The notes beneath the pieces were generated by a model, which was not told the origin of the DNA, ran no database searches, and worked only from the letters and a program-made list of their open reading frames with translations. A program made the position numbers and the translations under genes. This document shows, in pieces, positions 12,901-25,091 of a stretch of DNA of 64,000 bases (positions within the stretch are counted from its first letter, which is position 1; each line of letters begins with the position of its first letter). This DNA comes from Octopus bimaculoides (taxonomy: Eukaryota): positions 92,865,240-92,929,239 of the forward strand of contig NC_068987.1 of NCBI RefSeq assembly GCF_001194135.2, given 5' to 3'.

Positions 12901-14810
12901 TTCAAATGAAATGGCCTTCAAAATCTATACAAATATACGTAGTAACGCGAGCTTCGTTGCACTTTTCGTAAATGACTATTATTTAAATATACTAGATTAT
13001 GAATATAAAACGAGTCGTGAGGGTGGTGAAAATTGCCGATGGCACATACCATTCTGGCGCAGGAAATGGTAATTTAAGATGTTTTTATTATATTATTGGA
13101 TTAAAGAATTTATTGATTTCAACCAAGTGTAAGGAGTTCCTATACTATAAGACTACTGCAATACACTGTCCTACGGATAGCAATGCATTTGTGATGTATT
13201 TTTGCCATTTGATATCGTCTTTCCTTAGCAGACACTTAACTGAAATATATGGAAGAAGACTTCAAACGCACATTCGCCAATTTATCAGAAGTACCAGCAG
13301 AAAAATGATATATCTGTGAAATGCCGATGAAAGTACTGAATATCTGTGCTAAAGGAAAATTGCTGAAACTATGTGTCTTTTCTCTGTTTTTCATTTTTTG
13401 TTTATCAGAACATTATTCAAACACGTAATATTTCACTTTTGTCTTGTTTATGCATGTTGCAGATAGCTGCAATCTAAGTTCTTCATGCAGGGTACAGTGA
13501 AATATTGATACGCCATAATAGAAATAACTGATATTGAATATTGTTACATGCAAAAAAAAAACAACTATACCCATCTGTTACAAATATATGACGTTCTGCT
13601 GATATAAGAATCCAATATCAGATGAATATTATATATATTTACGCAGCAATCAATTTTACATTGGTGACCAATATTAAAATGTTGATAATTTCATTTATAT
13701 TTACTAATTTATATTAGAGTGAAGAAACAGATGTCATTGCACTTCACTAAAGATGCAGATGTGCATATACACTTTCGCAGGAAATGATAGCTTGATTGGA
13801 ATAATTCCCTCTTCCTGAGAGAATGTTTTGTGGGCCGTGAAGGTGATTTTCAGAAGGAAGGTTGCCAAATGACGGAGTAATGCTGAAGGGTTATATGTAC
13901 CCAAAGAGAAAACATCTGAGAATACGGACGAATTGGCTATCATCTTATTCAGGTTAGAGAGAAGGCACACAGAGAGAAGGCACACCTTGCTTGCCGGGAA
14001 CACACACGCGTGGTGACAGAGCACATAAACAAAACATCATAGAAAAACGATTTGGTAGCGGTGTGACTTGAACTTGTAATGCCTACGGTTCGATGTCACT
14101 TAGACCGCTTAAACTCTAACATCATGGATACTGTGTTTCTCATTACGTAAAAGAGCTGCAAAGCCCAATGGCATGATTTTCCAGAAAAATCACCAATAAT
14201 CCTGCTCCAAGGTGAAGACAGATTAGATTCCGTCTACCACACAGAATTCAGTGAAAAGTATACAGAATTTCTTCAGCTGCAATGTCGAAGATAGTGACTC
14301 AGTGAAATCGCCATGAGCAAATCTGGAAACAGATTTGGACGCTGGCTGAAGTCTGTAGACATCACTAGACTACAATAAACTTTGTAGGGTTAGGTTTACC
14401 AGAAAATGATCCTCTCAAGAATACATTGGTCCCTGAATGATTATTCATTTCGCATGAGAGTTGTAGAGTGAAGAGTGAGCAGCCCCATTCGCAGATATCT
14501 GTGCTTGCCTCAAGGTTTCATCCACATCTGGCAGTGTGACAGCAGCATCAATCTCAGATTTCCATTTAATTTTGTTAGGGATGAAGAATTATTGCTACAG
14601 TGGAGAACAAAACCAAATGTGATGCAACAGTTGATACACAGCAAAGTATCTGGTGCAGGCATCTCAAGGAGAAAAATGATGATAGAAAAAGAACAAATGC
14701 AGTCAAGCAAGTAGTGGAGCGGCTGAAAAGCAAGTACGTACTCGGGTCGAGCGCTACTCCGGAAATACTCCTACTACACACCCAACTGACATCAGCCATT
14801 TCCTCTATAC

Positions 14811-14940
<130 letters not shown>

Positions 14941-15650
14941 GATGTAAATATATTTTGATTTAAGTCCACAACCCAGGTATCTCAAATTTCCTGGGATTTA
15001 CCTCAGGTTCGCATCGATGTATATCACTGTTATGGAAATTTGAACTGAATTTTGATGAGCTCTTTAATTCCATTGCATATAAATAATATTCCTGGTTCTC
15101 CCTGTTGTATGTTAAATGTTTCCAAAAGAAACAAACCTAAAAAGGTAGGTATGCATATTCTCATAGCAGACAGACTCAGGTGCGTAAAATTGTGTGTATT
15201 GAAATATACAATTTACATTCGCCTAACCATCTCTTGGTATAGGACACCGTAGTCTTGTATTATTGTAGCAGATAGTGAAAACTGATTTACAAGATTTATA
15301 CTCATAAAATGACCAGTTACTCATTTCACAAATGTAATTCGTGCACAATCGATAAGAAATACACGGGGAAGCAGACAGATTCACAAATTTAGAAGCAAGA
15401 TTAGCAAAACATATAAATATAATAATAAAGTTAAGCTATCTACGATGTATGTTAGACTAGCACATATTTTTTTTATAACATAAATGCGCAAACATTAAAC
15501 CGTAGACATGGAGGAGGAAAGACAGTGAAGAATATAAATATAGATATATTTAATTGCTGCATCGTCTATTTTGATATTAGCCAAATGAACCTGCGTATGT
15601 TTAACAAACACGCACACACATATACACACACACAAACACAGATAGGTGCA

Positions 15651-15654
<4 letters not shown>

Positions 15655-15721
<67 letters not shown>
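15655..15721. repeat. Compound microsatellite (CT)n(TA)n running into a gap
   Basis: Direct observation. Confidence 0.95.
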
Positions 15722-16329
15722 NNNNNNNNNNNNNNNNNNNNNNNNNNNNNNNNNNNNNNNNNNNNNNNNNNNNNNNNNNNNNNNNNNNNNNNNNNNNNNN
15801 NNNNNNNNNNNNNNNNNNNNNNNNNNNNNNNNNNNNNNNNNNNNNNNNNNNNNNNNNNNNNNNNNNNNNNNNNNNNNNNNNNNNNNNNNNNNNNNNNNNN
15901 NNNNNNNNNNNNNNNNNNNNNNNNNNNNNNNNNNNNNNNNNNNNNNNNNNNNNNNNNNNNNNNNNNNNNNNNNNNNNNNNNNNNNNNNNNNNNNNNNNNN
16001 NNNNNNNNNNNNNNNNNNTCGTAAAATCCATGGTTTAGAGATAAAAGGAATCCATGAAAGGAACAAAAAAAAAAAAATAGAATGCAGCACCACAATCATA
16101 ATGTGAGCAGAAGATATAGTAGAAAGCAAATATCTATAAACAACACAAACATTTCCACACACACACACACACTTGTATGCACATAAATGCATGTAAATTT
16201 CCAACTATCATATAAAACCAATATTGATAATCGTATATGGCGCGTCAGTGTAAAATATAAACGATGCCATCCATTGGTATGACGAGAATAAGGTTTCGAA
16301 ATTTCACTACAGATTTTTACATCCCATTG

Positions 16330-16730
16330 TTTGAAATGCACAACCTACAATATGTGGTTTTGACTAATATTCCAACTGAAATATGGTTACCCGTCTGGAA
16401 AATCTTATATCCTAAATTACGTCTGGCTCTCGGTGATGGATCGATTGAGTCATGAATGGTTGTATATTAATCCAAAGTATAGACACAGGTACGTCTATAA
16501 GCCTCCAATTTGACTTTTAGGAAAGGTTTTTATTCCCGGTCTTCTAGATAGTGGTATCATCCAATAATTGCAATATCCTCCAACTTACACATAATAGCAA
16601 GCAATTTATTGTTTTTCTTCGGAACCATAGAAATGATTTGGTCGCCACTGCAGAGGGCATATTCTCAAGCTTAGCATTCTATACGCAATCTGCTTCTGCT
16701 TGAAATATTTTCTCATTTTTAATTTCATTC
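16330..16730 (-). pseudogene. Highly degraded Ty3/gypsy reverse transcriptase remnant
   Basis: Across frameshifts: LKMRKYFKQKQIAYRM..ICPLQWRP / MVPKKNNKL / KPFLKVKLEAYR / KIFQT. The order matches gypsy PVF..RPVPY, W(A/S)xP, VxKKNGK, KxFxKLDLxxAY, PxIFQ. Confidence 0.35.
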
Positions 16731-18766
16731 CCAACCGCAACGGTCTGCAACACTTATACATCGTCCAGTACCACAACATATGCTAGGAAATTTTCTAATG
16801 GTTGTCGGATACATCAGATACGTAGTCACAACAATGAGACGAGATTTCCCGACATTCTTAAAGCTGCAAAGAGACGCTGCTGAACCTATACCTTTCGTGG
16901 TTTGCCCCGCGTCTTCGCCTCTCAAACATCTGAATCTGCACCTCTTTCGCTTGCTCAGACGTACGTATCAGCTACATTTTCTGGTCTGTACATATAGTCT
17001 TCTTGTCTTCATTTTCTGCGCAAACTGCAATACTGGATCATTTGTGTGACCTTAATAAGTCATCAGAATTTTTTTCTTGGGAGAGATACAGACCCAGAAC
17101 ATATCATTGCACGTAATGTGAACCTCGACCAACTGTACAGATTGTGCTATTTGCGGCTGTTTTCACTTAAGTTTAGCTGTTTTAGATGATGATGTACCGT
17201 AAACATTTCCAGCAGCTATCTTTTGTCTGTTTTAGTGAGGTTTTTACGGTTGTTCCACGTCAGTTAGACCCAATGCATGTGTATTCGCTAGTGTTTCCCT
17301 GTGTGCCCGTGCCTGTGTCAATAAGAGAGGACAGAAGGGGAAAATAAGGGAGAGAATTAGAATTGAAATATTTCCCGGCTAGTGAGTATTGATTCTGTAG
17401 TTGTTGTTATTGTTGTTAGTGTCATTGTTGATATTATTGATTTTGTTGTTGTCAGAACTGCAGCTACAATTGTCTATGCTGTAGCTACAGTTGTCTACGG
17501 TTGTTACCTTCACTGCTAATGCTGCTTTTACGTCTAATTGGTGCTGTTGTTGGTGGTGGATGTCGTGTATGCTATTGACAAAATTCATTTAAGTGATTTA
17601 CAACACCGTGCAACTGGTATTTTAGCCTTCTCTCCTCAACGTCTGCATGTAATGCAACGCTCTATCTTATACATATCTACCGGTTCGATCTGGAGAACGT
17701 TTTACCCTGTGATTTCAAATCAAATTCCTACTCAGTTTGTTATATACTGAATATTGTGTCATTACATTCCAGCACAACACAAGCGAAGACCACAAGCTAT
17801 CCATCCTTCGTGGAACACACTCAAGCTTAACGTTACATATCCTCCTTTCTAAGATATATTGAATAAAATATGAATTTCTTGTAACCTATGTGATCTTTGT
17901 AGAGCCTCAACAAATGCGATCCTCTCCTGAGAAGGACACGCATTGTCCCGAAACGCCTTGCCCTTATCGAATGCTCTATCCCCTTCCCATATATCTTTCA
18001 GGGGTCTTTTCAAATCAGAATGTCCTTTTGTTTCTATGTGTGTATTTGCTGTCACGCACTGATACAGCACCGTATTCCGAGCAGAGGTGCCAAATTTGCC
18101 GCTGTATTTTCAAATTCGATTTCATATTTTGTGCTAATTAGTTAGATGAACCTTCTCCTTGTTCTATAGGAGGAGGGGGAAGTATTTTCTCACTTCGCTG
18201 CCATACCAGTGGATTATTGCCTTATTGTGATTTCTCCTCACTACTTATTTTTTTCTCATCGTTTTTTTTATTCTTGTAGCTTCTGTTATTGTTTTTGCTG
18301 CTGATGATGATCTTGCTACAGTTTCTCCTGCTGTTGTTTTTCTTATTGCTGCTGTTGTCTTGTTTTAGTTCCTAGTGTTGAATTTATTGTTGTTACTAGT
18401 GTTGTTCTTGTCGTTGTTTTCTCGTATTTCTTTGTTTCCTACCACTACTCGCCATGGCAAACAATTCGCCAATGATTGAGGTGTGGCAAGAGGAATAGCC
18501 ACTATTCAATGTCTCTGCCTAAGGAGGTATTCCCTTATCTGGCACTGCATATAATATAGCTGACGTGATTCTTTATTTGACCATGATATTAATCCTTAAA
18601 ATTTTACGATTTCGTGAATTTCCTTCTTGTTACAGAGGTGCCTTGTATGATTTAGATTTAATCACACTGACTTCATAAAAAGTTATAGGAGTCCTTATTG
18701 AAAAAAACGTCTAAGCATTTGAAAGCAAATTCAAAGTATTTCCAATAGAACAAACAAATATTTTAC

Positions 18767-18907
18767 CAGCGGAAATGAAGCACCTCCAACACAGAGCAAT
18801 CACAGCAATAGCAACTACATGAAGAATCGTTCCAAATGTTGCTGCAAAGCAAGCCGTTTTTGCGGCAGGGGTAAGACAATGATATTGTCTCCAGTTTCCA
18901 AATGGTA
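18767..18907 (-). CDS. Candidate 141-nt internal coding exon (phase 1-1) with a hydrophobic, TM-like segment; gene unknown
   Basis: Boundaries are ctataag|TA CCA...GCT G|gtaaaa. The open frame reads (x)PFGNWRQYHCLTPAAKTACFAATFGTILHVVAIAVIALCWRCFISA(G), and a (TC)n tract lies just upstream on this strand. The AAG acceptor is non-optimal, no homology was recognised, and a plus-strand alternative exists. Confidence 0.3.
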
Positions 18908-18933
18908 CTTATAGATTAGATGTGCAGAGCATT

Positions 18934-19044
<111 letters not shown>

Positions 19045-19400
19045 GTGATGGTTTCTATGATGTAGGCAGCTACATATTCATCAAATCAAAGTAAGTACAA
19101 CTCATATGGTTACTATCAACATAAATAGATACAGTATTTACTACATCAGATATTTGAATTTTATAAAACATATGGTGCAATATGTAATTCCCATCAAAAC
19201 TGTAGAGTTAAGGTCAGACCAATTTGGAAATTTCGTTCACACACACATTCTCACACGAATGCATACAGTCATTCCTATTTTCTTCAATGTGTCAGTCAAT
19301 TTTAAATCTATGCATTATACCAGTAATCAACTTGCAAATTGAGTCTTATTTACAAATAATGTTGTTTGATTCTTTTATTTAATAAAGTTTTATTTTCACA

Positions 19401-19640
19401 CTAGACTTTGTTTCACTGTGTGAATTTGACGTAATTTATTCTTTAGGGAATGTAGGTAACATACCAATATTAGTCTGTATTTCAACACCGCCACATTTCT
19501 TGCTTGTAATCATATTACACGTGAAGTAATCAATCTGTGAATATATGGTATTTATATGTTTCTCAAAAAAGTGTAGATAAACAGCAGCTTTGCTAATTGT
19601 TATCGGGAAAGTCATTTGAATTATACATTTGTCTGACAAC
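19401..19640 (-). mobile_element. Probable Helitron 3' end with degraded helicase C-terminus
   Basis: Minus ORF IQMTFPITISKAA...YSQIDYFTCNMITSKK resembles Pif1-type AMTINKSQGQ...HGQLYVACSRVTS. It is followed by a stop, a small hairpin TTCAC-ACA-GTGAA (19412-19424), 7 nt, then CTAG|T (19401-19404). Confidence 0.35.
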
Positions 19641-19834
19641 TTTTATCTTAAAATCCTACATACATAAGATTTCAAACTTACAAACGAGTAACAAACGAAA
19701 TGGATATACTTCCGAATATAGAAGAGAATTACAAGGAGTGTTCAATAACTGCGTAATGTGAAAGAAAGCGACGACTCACTCAAAGAAAGTCAACTATGAA
19801 AAATGCAAGATTTTTGTGGTTATTTGACTATACA

Positions 19835-19934
19835 TATGTGTGTGTGTGTGCCTATGTATATGTATGTATGTATGTATGTATATATGTATGTATGTATGTA
19901 TGTATCTAACCATATATATATATATATATATATA
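19835..19934. repeat. (TG)n/(TATG)n/(TA)n compound microsatellite
   Basis: Direct observation. Confidence 0.9.
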
Positions 19935-20829
19935 NNNNNNNNNNNNNNNNNNNNNNNNNNNNNNNNNNNNNNNNNNNNNNNNNNNNNNNNNNNNNNNNNN
20001 NNNNNNNNNNNNNNNNNNNNNNNNNNNNNNNNNNNNNNNNNNNNNNNNNNNNNNNNNNNNNNNNNNNNNNNNNNNNNNNNNNNNNNNNNNNNNNNNNNNN
20101 NNNNNNNNNNNNNNNNNNNNNNNNNNNNNNNNNNNNNNNNNNNNNNNNNNNNNNNNNNNNNNNNNATTAGCGTGTGTATATGTAAATATATAAAAACAAA
20201 AAGATAAAGAGAGCAAAGGTAAGGTTGAAGAATTTTATGGATAGAGTCTTACAGCTGTTTCTGGGAAGATCCAGTACTTCCCTTCATCGGAGACAGAAAA
20301 AATAAAGTAATCTATTATTATATCCATAGGCGGATATTTTTAGTATGAAGTGGTAAAGAGTATGATGTGCTGAAAAAAGAGAGAACAGTACTTGAAGTGT
20401 AGTTTCATTCCAGTGGTAAATATCCGTGTAGAAATCCGTGCAAAGTAATCCTTGTGTGAATAATCCGGAAATTTACGTTGGAACGAAAGTTGATATAGCA
20501 TAGATAGCAGAGGTATATATATTCCATATTGCGATGGATTGTTGCTTGTTTATATATATATATATAAATGAATAACGAAGACGTGCAGGTGTTAATTCAA
20601 TTCACCGTTTAAAAGCGACACCTTTAATTAATTAATGAAAGCAGTACATCGTATGAAAGACACTGTTCTGGTTTAGATGACCGCATAGATTACCAACATA
20701 AAGGATACAACCACTGCTTTAACATATTCACATCAATAATGGAACTCAAAATATTTACATTGTTTCTTTTGTCCCATCTCTGGCAGAATGAGTTTAGAAA
20801 GTAATGCATACATTGTCAATTGTAAATTA

Positions 20830-21415
20830 TAGTTCTTCCCATCTATCACGTCTGATCTCTGACTCTTGACATTTTCCATGAGGTAGTTTCCCTCGACGAT
20901 GTCATACTCACACTTCGAGTGGTCCTTGGCGATTGTCTCCCAGGTATTTGTGCCAGAGGAGCAGCGGAGAAAGTTGGATTGGGGCTGGTCTCGGAGTCGG
21001 AATTTGAGGCTCCGCATGGTCTGCCGTCTGAGGTCAAAATCTGCAAAGAGCAGTCAATGGAGTAGGATCGTTTGTGACACACGTATGATGTATCACGTGC
21101 ATCGGAGGCGGTGCCGTACCCCAGTGGCTTTATTGTTCGGCAGTCCGACCAAGAGCAGACACTTTTCATCGAATTCTCATGATTGCATGATGTTTGTGTT
21201 GTGAGAAACGTCCGATTTTCTGCAAATCTCCTCGATAAAACACCCACTTCTCAGAGCTGTGGAGGAGGGTATAAAGAGCGACGGTTTGGAATACCATGAT
21301 TTTTGTTTGGATGGTGACGTCGTGCTTTTTCTCGCTTCCAGAGATTCTGGACTTTATGGCGCTTACATTGCCATAGATGCTTAATATCGCAGAAACAAAT
21401 TTCACAAGCAAAATA
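20830..21415 (-). mobile_element. 3' portion of an RTE-clade LINE (BovB-like), degraded
   Basis: SRISG..TIQTKIMVFQTVALYTLLHSSEKWVFYRGDLQKIGRFSQHKHHAIMRIRW and a later WETIAKDHSK match the RTE post-RT pattern TKxxVYxAVVLxxLLYGSETW...LERF...IxW...WExLAxDR. Confidence 0.8.
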
Positions 21416-21424
21416 ATCCCATGC

Positions 21425-23103
21425 GAAAACATTCTACAGAGAAATAGGGAAGGAGAAAATAACCGTTGAAAAGCCCCCTACTATAGAAAAAGTTCAAAAC
21501 TCTTGGAAAAATATCTGAAGTGATGAAAGGACTTACAATGAAAATGAAGACTGAGTTAGACACACAGAAGAATCCTACCAAAACTTACTAGAACAAGCAT
21601 GGGAAGACATCACAATAGCAAACTTAAGGCTGACTCTCGCGAAGGCTCATATGTGGAAAACTCCTGGTAATGATAAGTTGCCAAATTTCTGAGTCGCATC
21701 ACATCCGCGCGCACAACGATAGTTCGACCAGCTATTCAATAACATTATGAGAATTCCTTCGAAAACACTCGTTTGGTTAGCAAGAGGTATTGCGTACCTA
21801 ATCCCGAAGCATAAATAAACCAAATTTCCCCAAAACTATCAACCCATAACATGTCTATCTACCATGTATAACATTTTAACGTGGAGAAAGCACAAATATA
21901 TGGAACAGAACAATATTTCCACACTGAACAAAAAAAGTTCCGATGAGACTCGTAATCAATCGCATTATCCTTGAGAACAGTCATAACCAACGCAGAAATC
22001 TCAGTTCTGCATGGGTTCATTATAAGAAGGCTTTCGACTGCATATCGCATTTGTGCCTCTTGTAATCGCTGGATATCTTCAAAATATCTCCTGTGATTTA
22101 AAACGTCCTGAAGCACCATATGCCAATACGAATCTCCAACCATACCAGATGCACACCCATCAGTGATAATGGAACTCAGGGCTAAAGGCAGAGAGTGAAG
22201 GATTTACCTTGCCTGCCCAAGATCAGATCTTTTTGACCCGGAACTATTAAGCCAATATGATGAAAAAAATGGAGTAGACCCAAAGTGCCGATTCTGCAAC
22301 AATGGGATAGATAAAGTCGATCACCTAATCTCTGGATGTAACGTTTTAGCACCTGTAGAGTATGATTCAAGACATGACAGATTTGGCCAATATCTACATT
22401 GGATAATGTGTCGGCATTATAAAATCAAAACTGCTGACAAATGGTACAAGAACCATCCTGAGGCTGTAACTGGGAGAGAAAATGTAACTATTCTTTTGGG
22501 ACTTCCTAGTTTGTACAGACCGGACCATCAAAGCAAATAAACCAGATATTGTTATGAAAGACCAAAACAATAAAATATGTTTATTGATTGACTTGAGCAT
22601 ACCCTGTGACCATAAAATCTCGGTAAAAGAATTTGATAAGCTCAGAAAATATAAAGATTTCCTAATCGAAATCGAAAAGATGTGGCATCTCAACACGGTT
22701 ACAATACCAGTTACTGTAGTAGTATTTGGAATAATGAAAAAAAGTACATTAAAATTATTTAAGAATGATCCCTGGTTTACCATTCATGCAGGAAGTGCAA
22801 AACATTGTCTTAACTGTTACGTCACACATGTTGAGAAGAACCTTGTCGCTGTGAGTTTTCTTTCTCTTTTCCCCTTTATTTTCCTTGTTTACTTTTTTAT
22901 TTTCATTTTTTACATTTTTTCTCGTTGTCTTTCTACCCCTTTTTCTTTATCACACGATATTCTACAATCTGGTGTGCTTGTTTTAATAGCCTACCAATGT
23001 ATACAGTACGTTCCTCTGCCCTAGGTGTCAGGAAGACACTCGGCAAGAAATGGAAACGGAATTGAAAGAAAATTATAATGAAAATAATAATAATAATAAT
23101 AAT
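21425..23103 (+). mobile_element. R4/Dong-clade RLE non-LTR retrotransposon; 5'-truncated, internally deleted, with (AAT)n tail
   Basis: FYREIGK...WKTPGNDKLPNF; NYQPITCLSTMY; YKKAFDCISH; a jump to GLKAESEG..AQDQ; zinc knuckle CRFC...HLISGC..RHD; KWY.H; RLE motif KPDIVMKDQNNKICLLIDLSIP..K..KYKD; 3' UTR ending (AAT)6 at 23086-23103. Confidence 0.9.
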
Positions 23104-23505
23104 GTCTGGTTGTTTGACCTTAACCAGTTGAGCATGTCACTTGGTGGCTGACAGTATGCGCATCTCTGATCATGAGCAGAAGTAGTGGGGAGAATCATAG
23201 CCATGTGTCGAGAGGAATTCTTTGGAGTTTGAATAATTCACCTTTGGAAACATGGGTGTTTTGCTCAACATCCTTAAACAAACCTTATTCAGGGACCTTT
23301 TGAGTGGGATGGGCTACTCGACCTGAAGAAAATTCTAACTAGGCCCCACCTGTTTATCTTGACATGAGATCACCATATCGCGCACATATGGTTGTGATGC
23401 ATGTGCCTGGTGTACCCTTATCAGATGGGCGGTCATGATGGGTATAATGGGCTTCGTATATTTTACCCCAGCGTCACTTTGATGGCATGAACTGCTCTCT
23501 CGCTC
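23104..23505 (+). mobile_element. Non-coding (AAT)n-embedded interspersed element, copy 1
   Basis: Aligns with 48491-49043 and with the reverse complement of 60991-61495. Ends CTCTCTCGCTC|AATAAT and begins directly after the Dong tail. Confidence 0.85.
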
Positions 23506-25052
23506 AATAATAAATAATAAGAAATAGCAAGGAGTCTTGCACATCCACAAAATTTACTTTATAGTTGTATACAGCAAATAATACTGACCTACAGGTATCT
23601 CCACTGCTCCCTTTTCCAAAAGCAACATTGTAATATTGTTGGTGAAGACTCATCAGGATCCGTCCATTTGGTCCTTTGCGGTTAGCGGTTAACTTCAAAT
23701 TGACTGAGAGCTTATGCGTTATCCACCCAGGAAATATATCCCTATAAATTCACTGTAATACACACACACACACACACACGAATTACAGTGAATTATAAGA
23801 ACTAGAAAAAATATGCTATTTGTTTGGTGGTTAAATTCAATCACTCCTAGTAATTATTTGTTATTTTCTTATAGTCTTTACAAAAGCAGGTTCCACATTT
23901 TGGGTCTCGAAGACGCAATATAAGTGGGCAACATAACACGGAATATTTTAATCTGCGGTCGTTTGTTTATTTATCCGATTTATAAAACAGACAAACATTG
24001 ATAATATCGTTGTAGATTTGATGGATTGAATCCATCACAGAGGTGACAAGGAAGTCATTTTGCATAAAGGGATTTTAGTGTTCTGTCGTTGTTTCACCTA
24101 CGCATGGATGTCACAAACGTATCTGCAAATAGCCATAACGTTCATAGACATATGAGGTAAAGGAAACACCGGGAAAGAAAAGTTATCTGAAAGTAGAAAA
24201 TGCAAGTAAATGCCAAGAACATGCCGAAATAATATAAATATGCGCGTAAAAGAAATCCAAAACTGTCTTCTCCTTGCAACTATATGCATCTATCATATAG
24301 CATTCCCACTAGAAGCCAAAGAATAAATGTGTTGCTGACATTCAGAAAATTCTAAATATTAACCAAAGACGCAGGAGTGGAAAAAAAAATAACTTGAAAA
24401 CAATACGAAATTTATACGAGAGAAAACCAAAGAACAGTGGAAATTACTTATCACAGTAAGGCTTCTGACATGCTATATCTGAGAAATGAGGAACCTTATA
24501 AAAGAAAAATTTCCTTATCCTAAAGGTGCTACTTCTATATACTAGTCAGAATTGTACAATCGTACAGGCAACCCCCACACACAGACACGCACACAGTATA
24601 TATACGTCTATGCCAAAATGTTCACCTTTTGGGGGCAACTATATAACGTTAATTAAGTATAAAACTATCCCACTATATAACGTACACCGCCATCGTTATT
24701 TACATAACACTACGTGTATGTTCATAAATATAATACTCTGACTTTAGAGCCTTTTATATTTTGTAGCGCATTAAAGTATTTAATGCAGTTAGATTACTAT
24801 ATATCCATTATATATACGTAAGTTATGTACAGACGACATTCACGCAAACACATACATGTGCGCTTATATATATATATATATATGCTCATATAATGATATC
24901 TACCAAATACATTGGTAAGATAAAACATGTAATCGTTACCAAAATAGCAAAAATATGTCCACAGAGGTCTATAGTAAATTCCTTATGAATCTATCTCCTT
25001 GGTTAAACTTTAATATGTATGGATACTAGCGTCAAAGATCTTATCTAAATTT

Positions 25053-25091
<39 letters not shown>

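Noticed and set aside
14475-14760. THAP- or Myb-like peptide (NLRFPFNFVRDEELLLQW)
   Set aside because: The Cys/His ligands and further motifs are absent.
24098-24190. Candidate small exons on either strand (MDVTNVSANSHNVHRHMR|gt; ttcag|DNFSFPVFP...|gtaggt)
   Set aside because: Splice-like sites are frequent by chance, the phases do not connect to other candidates, and no homology was recognised.
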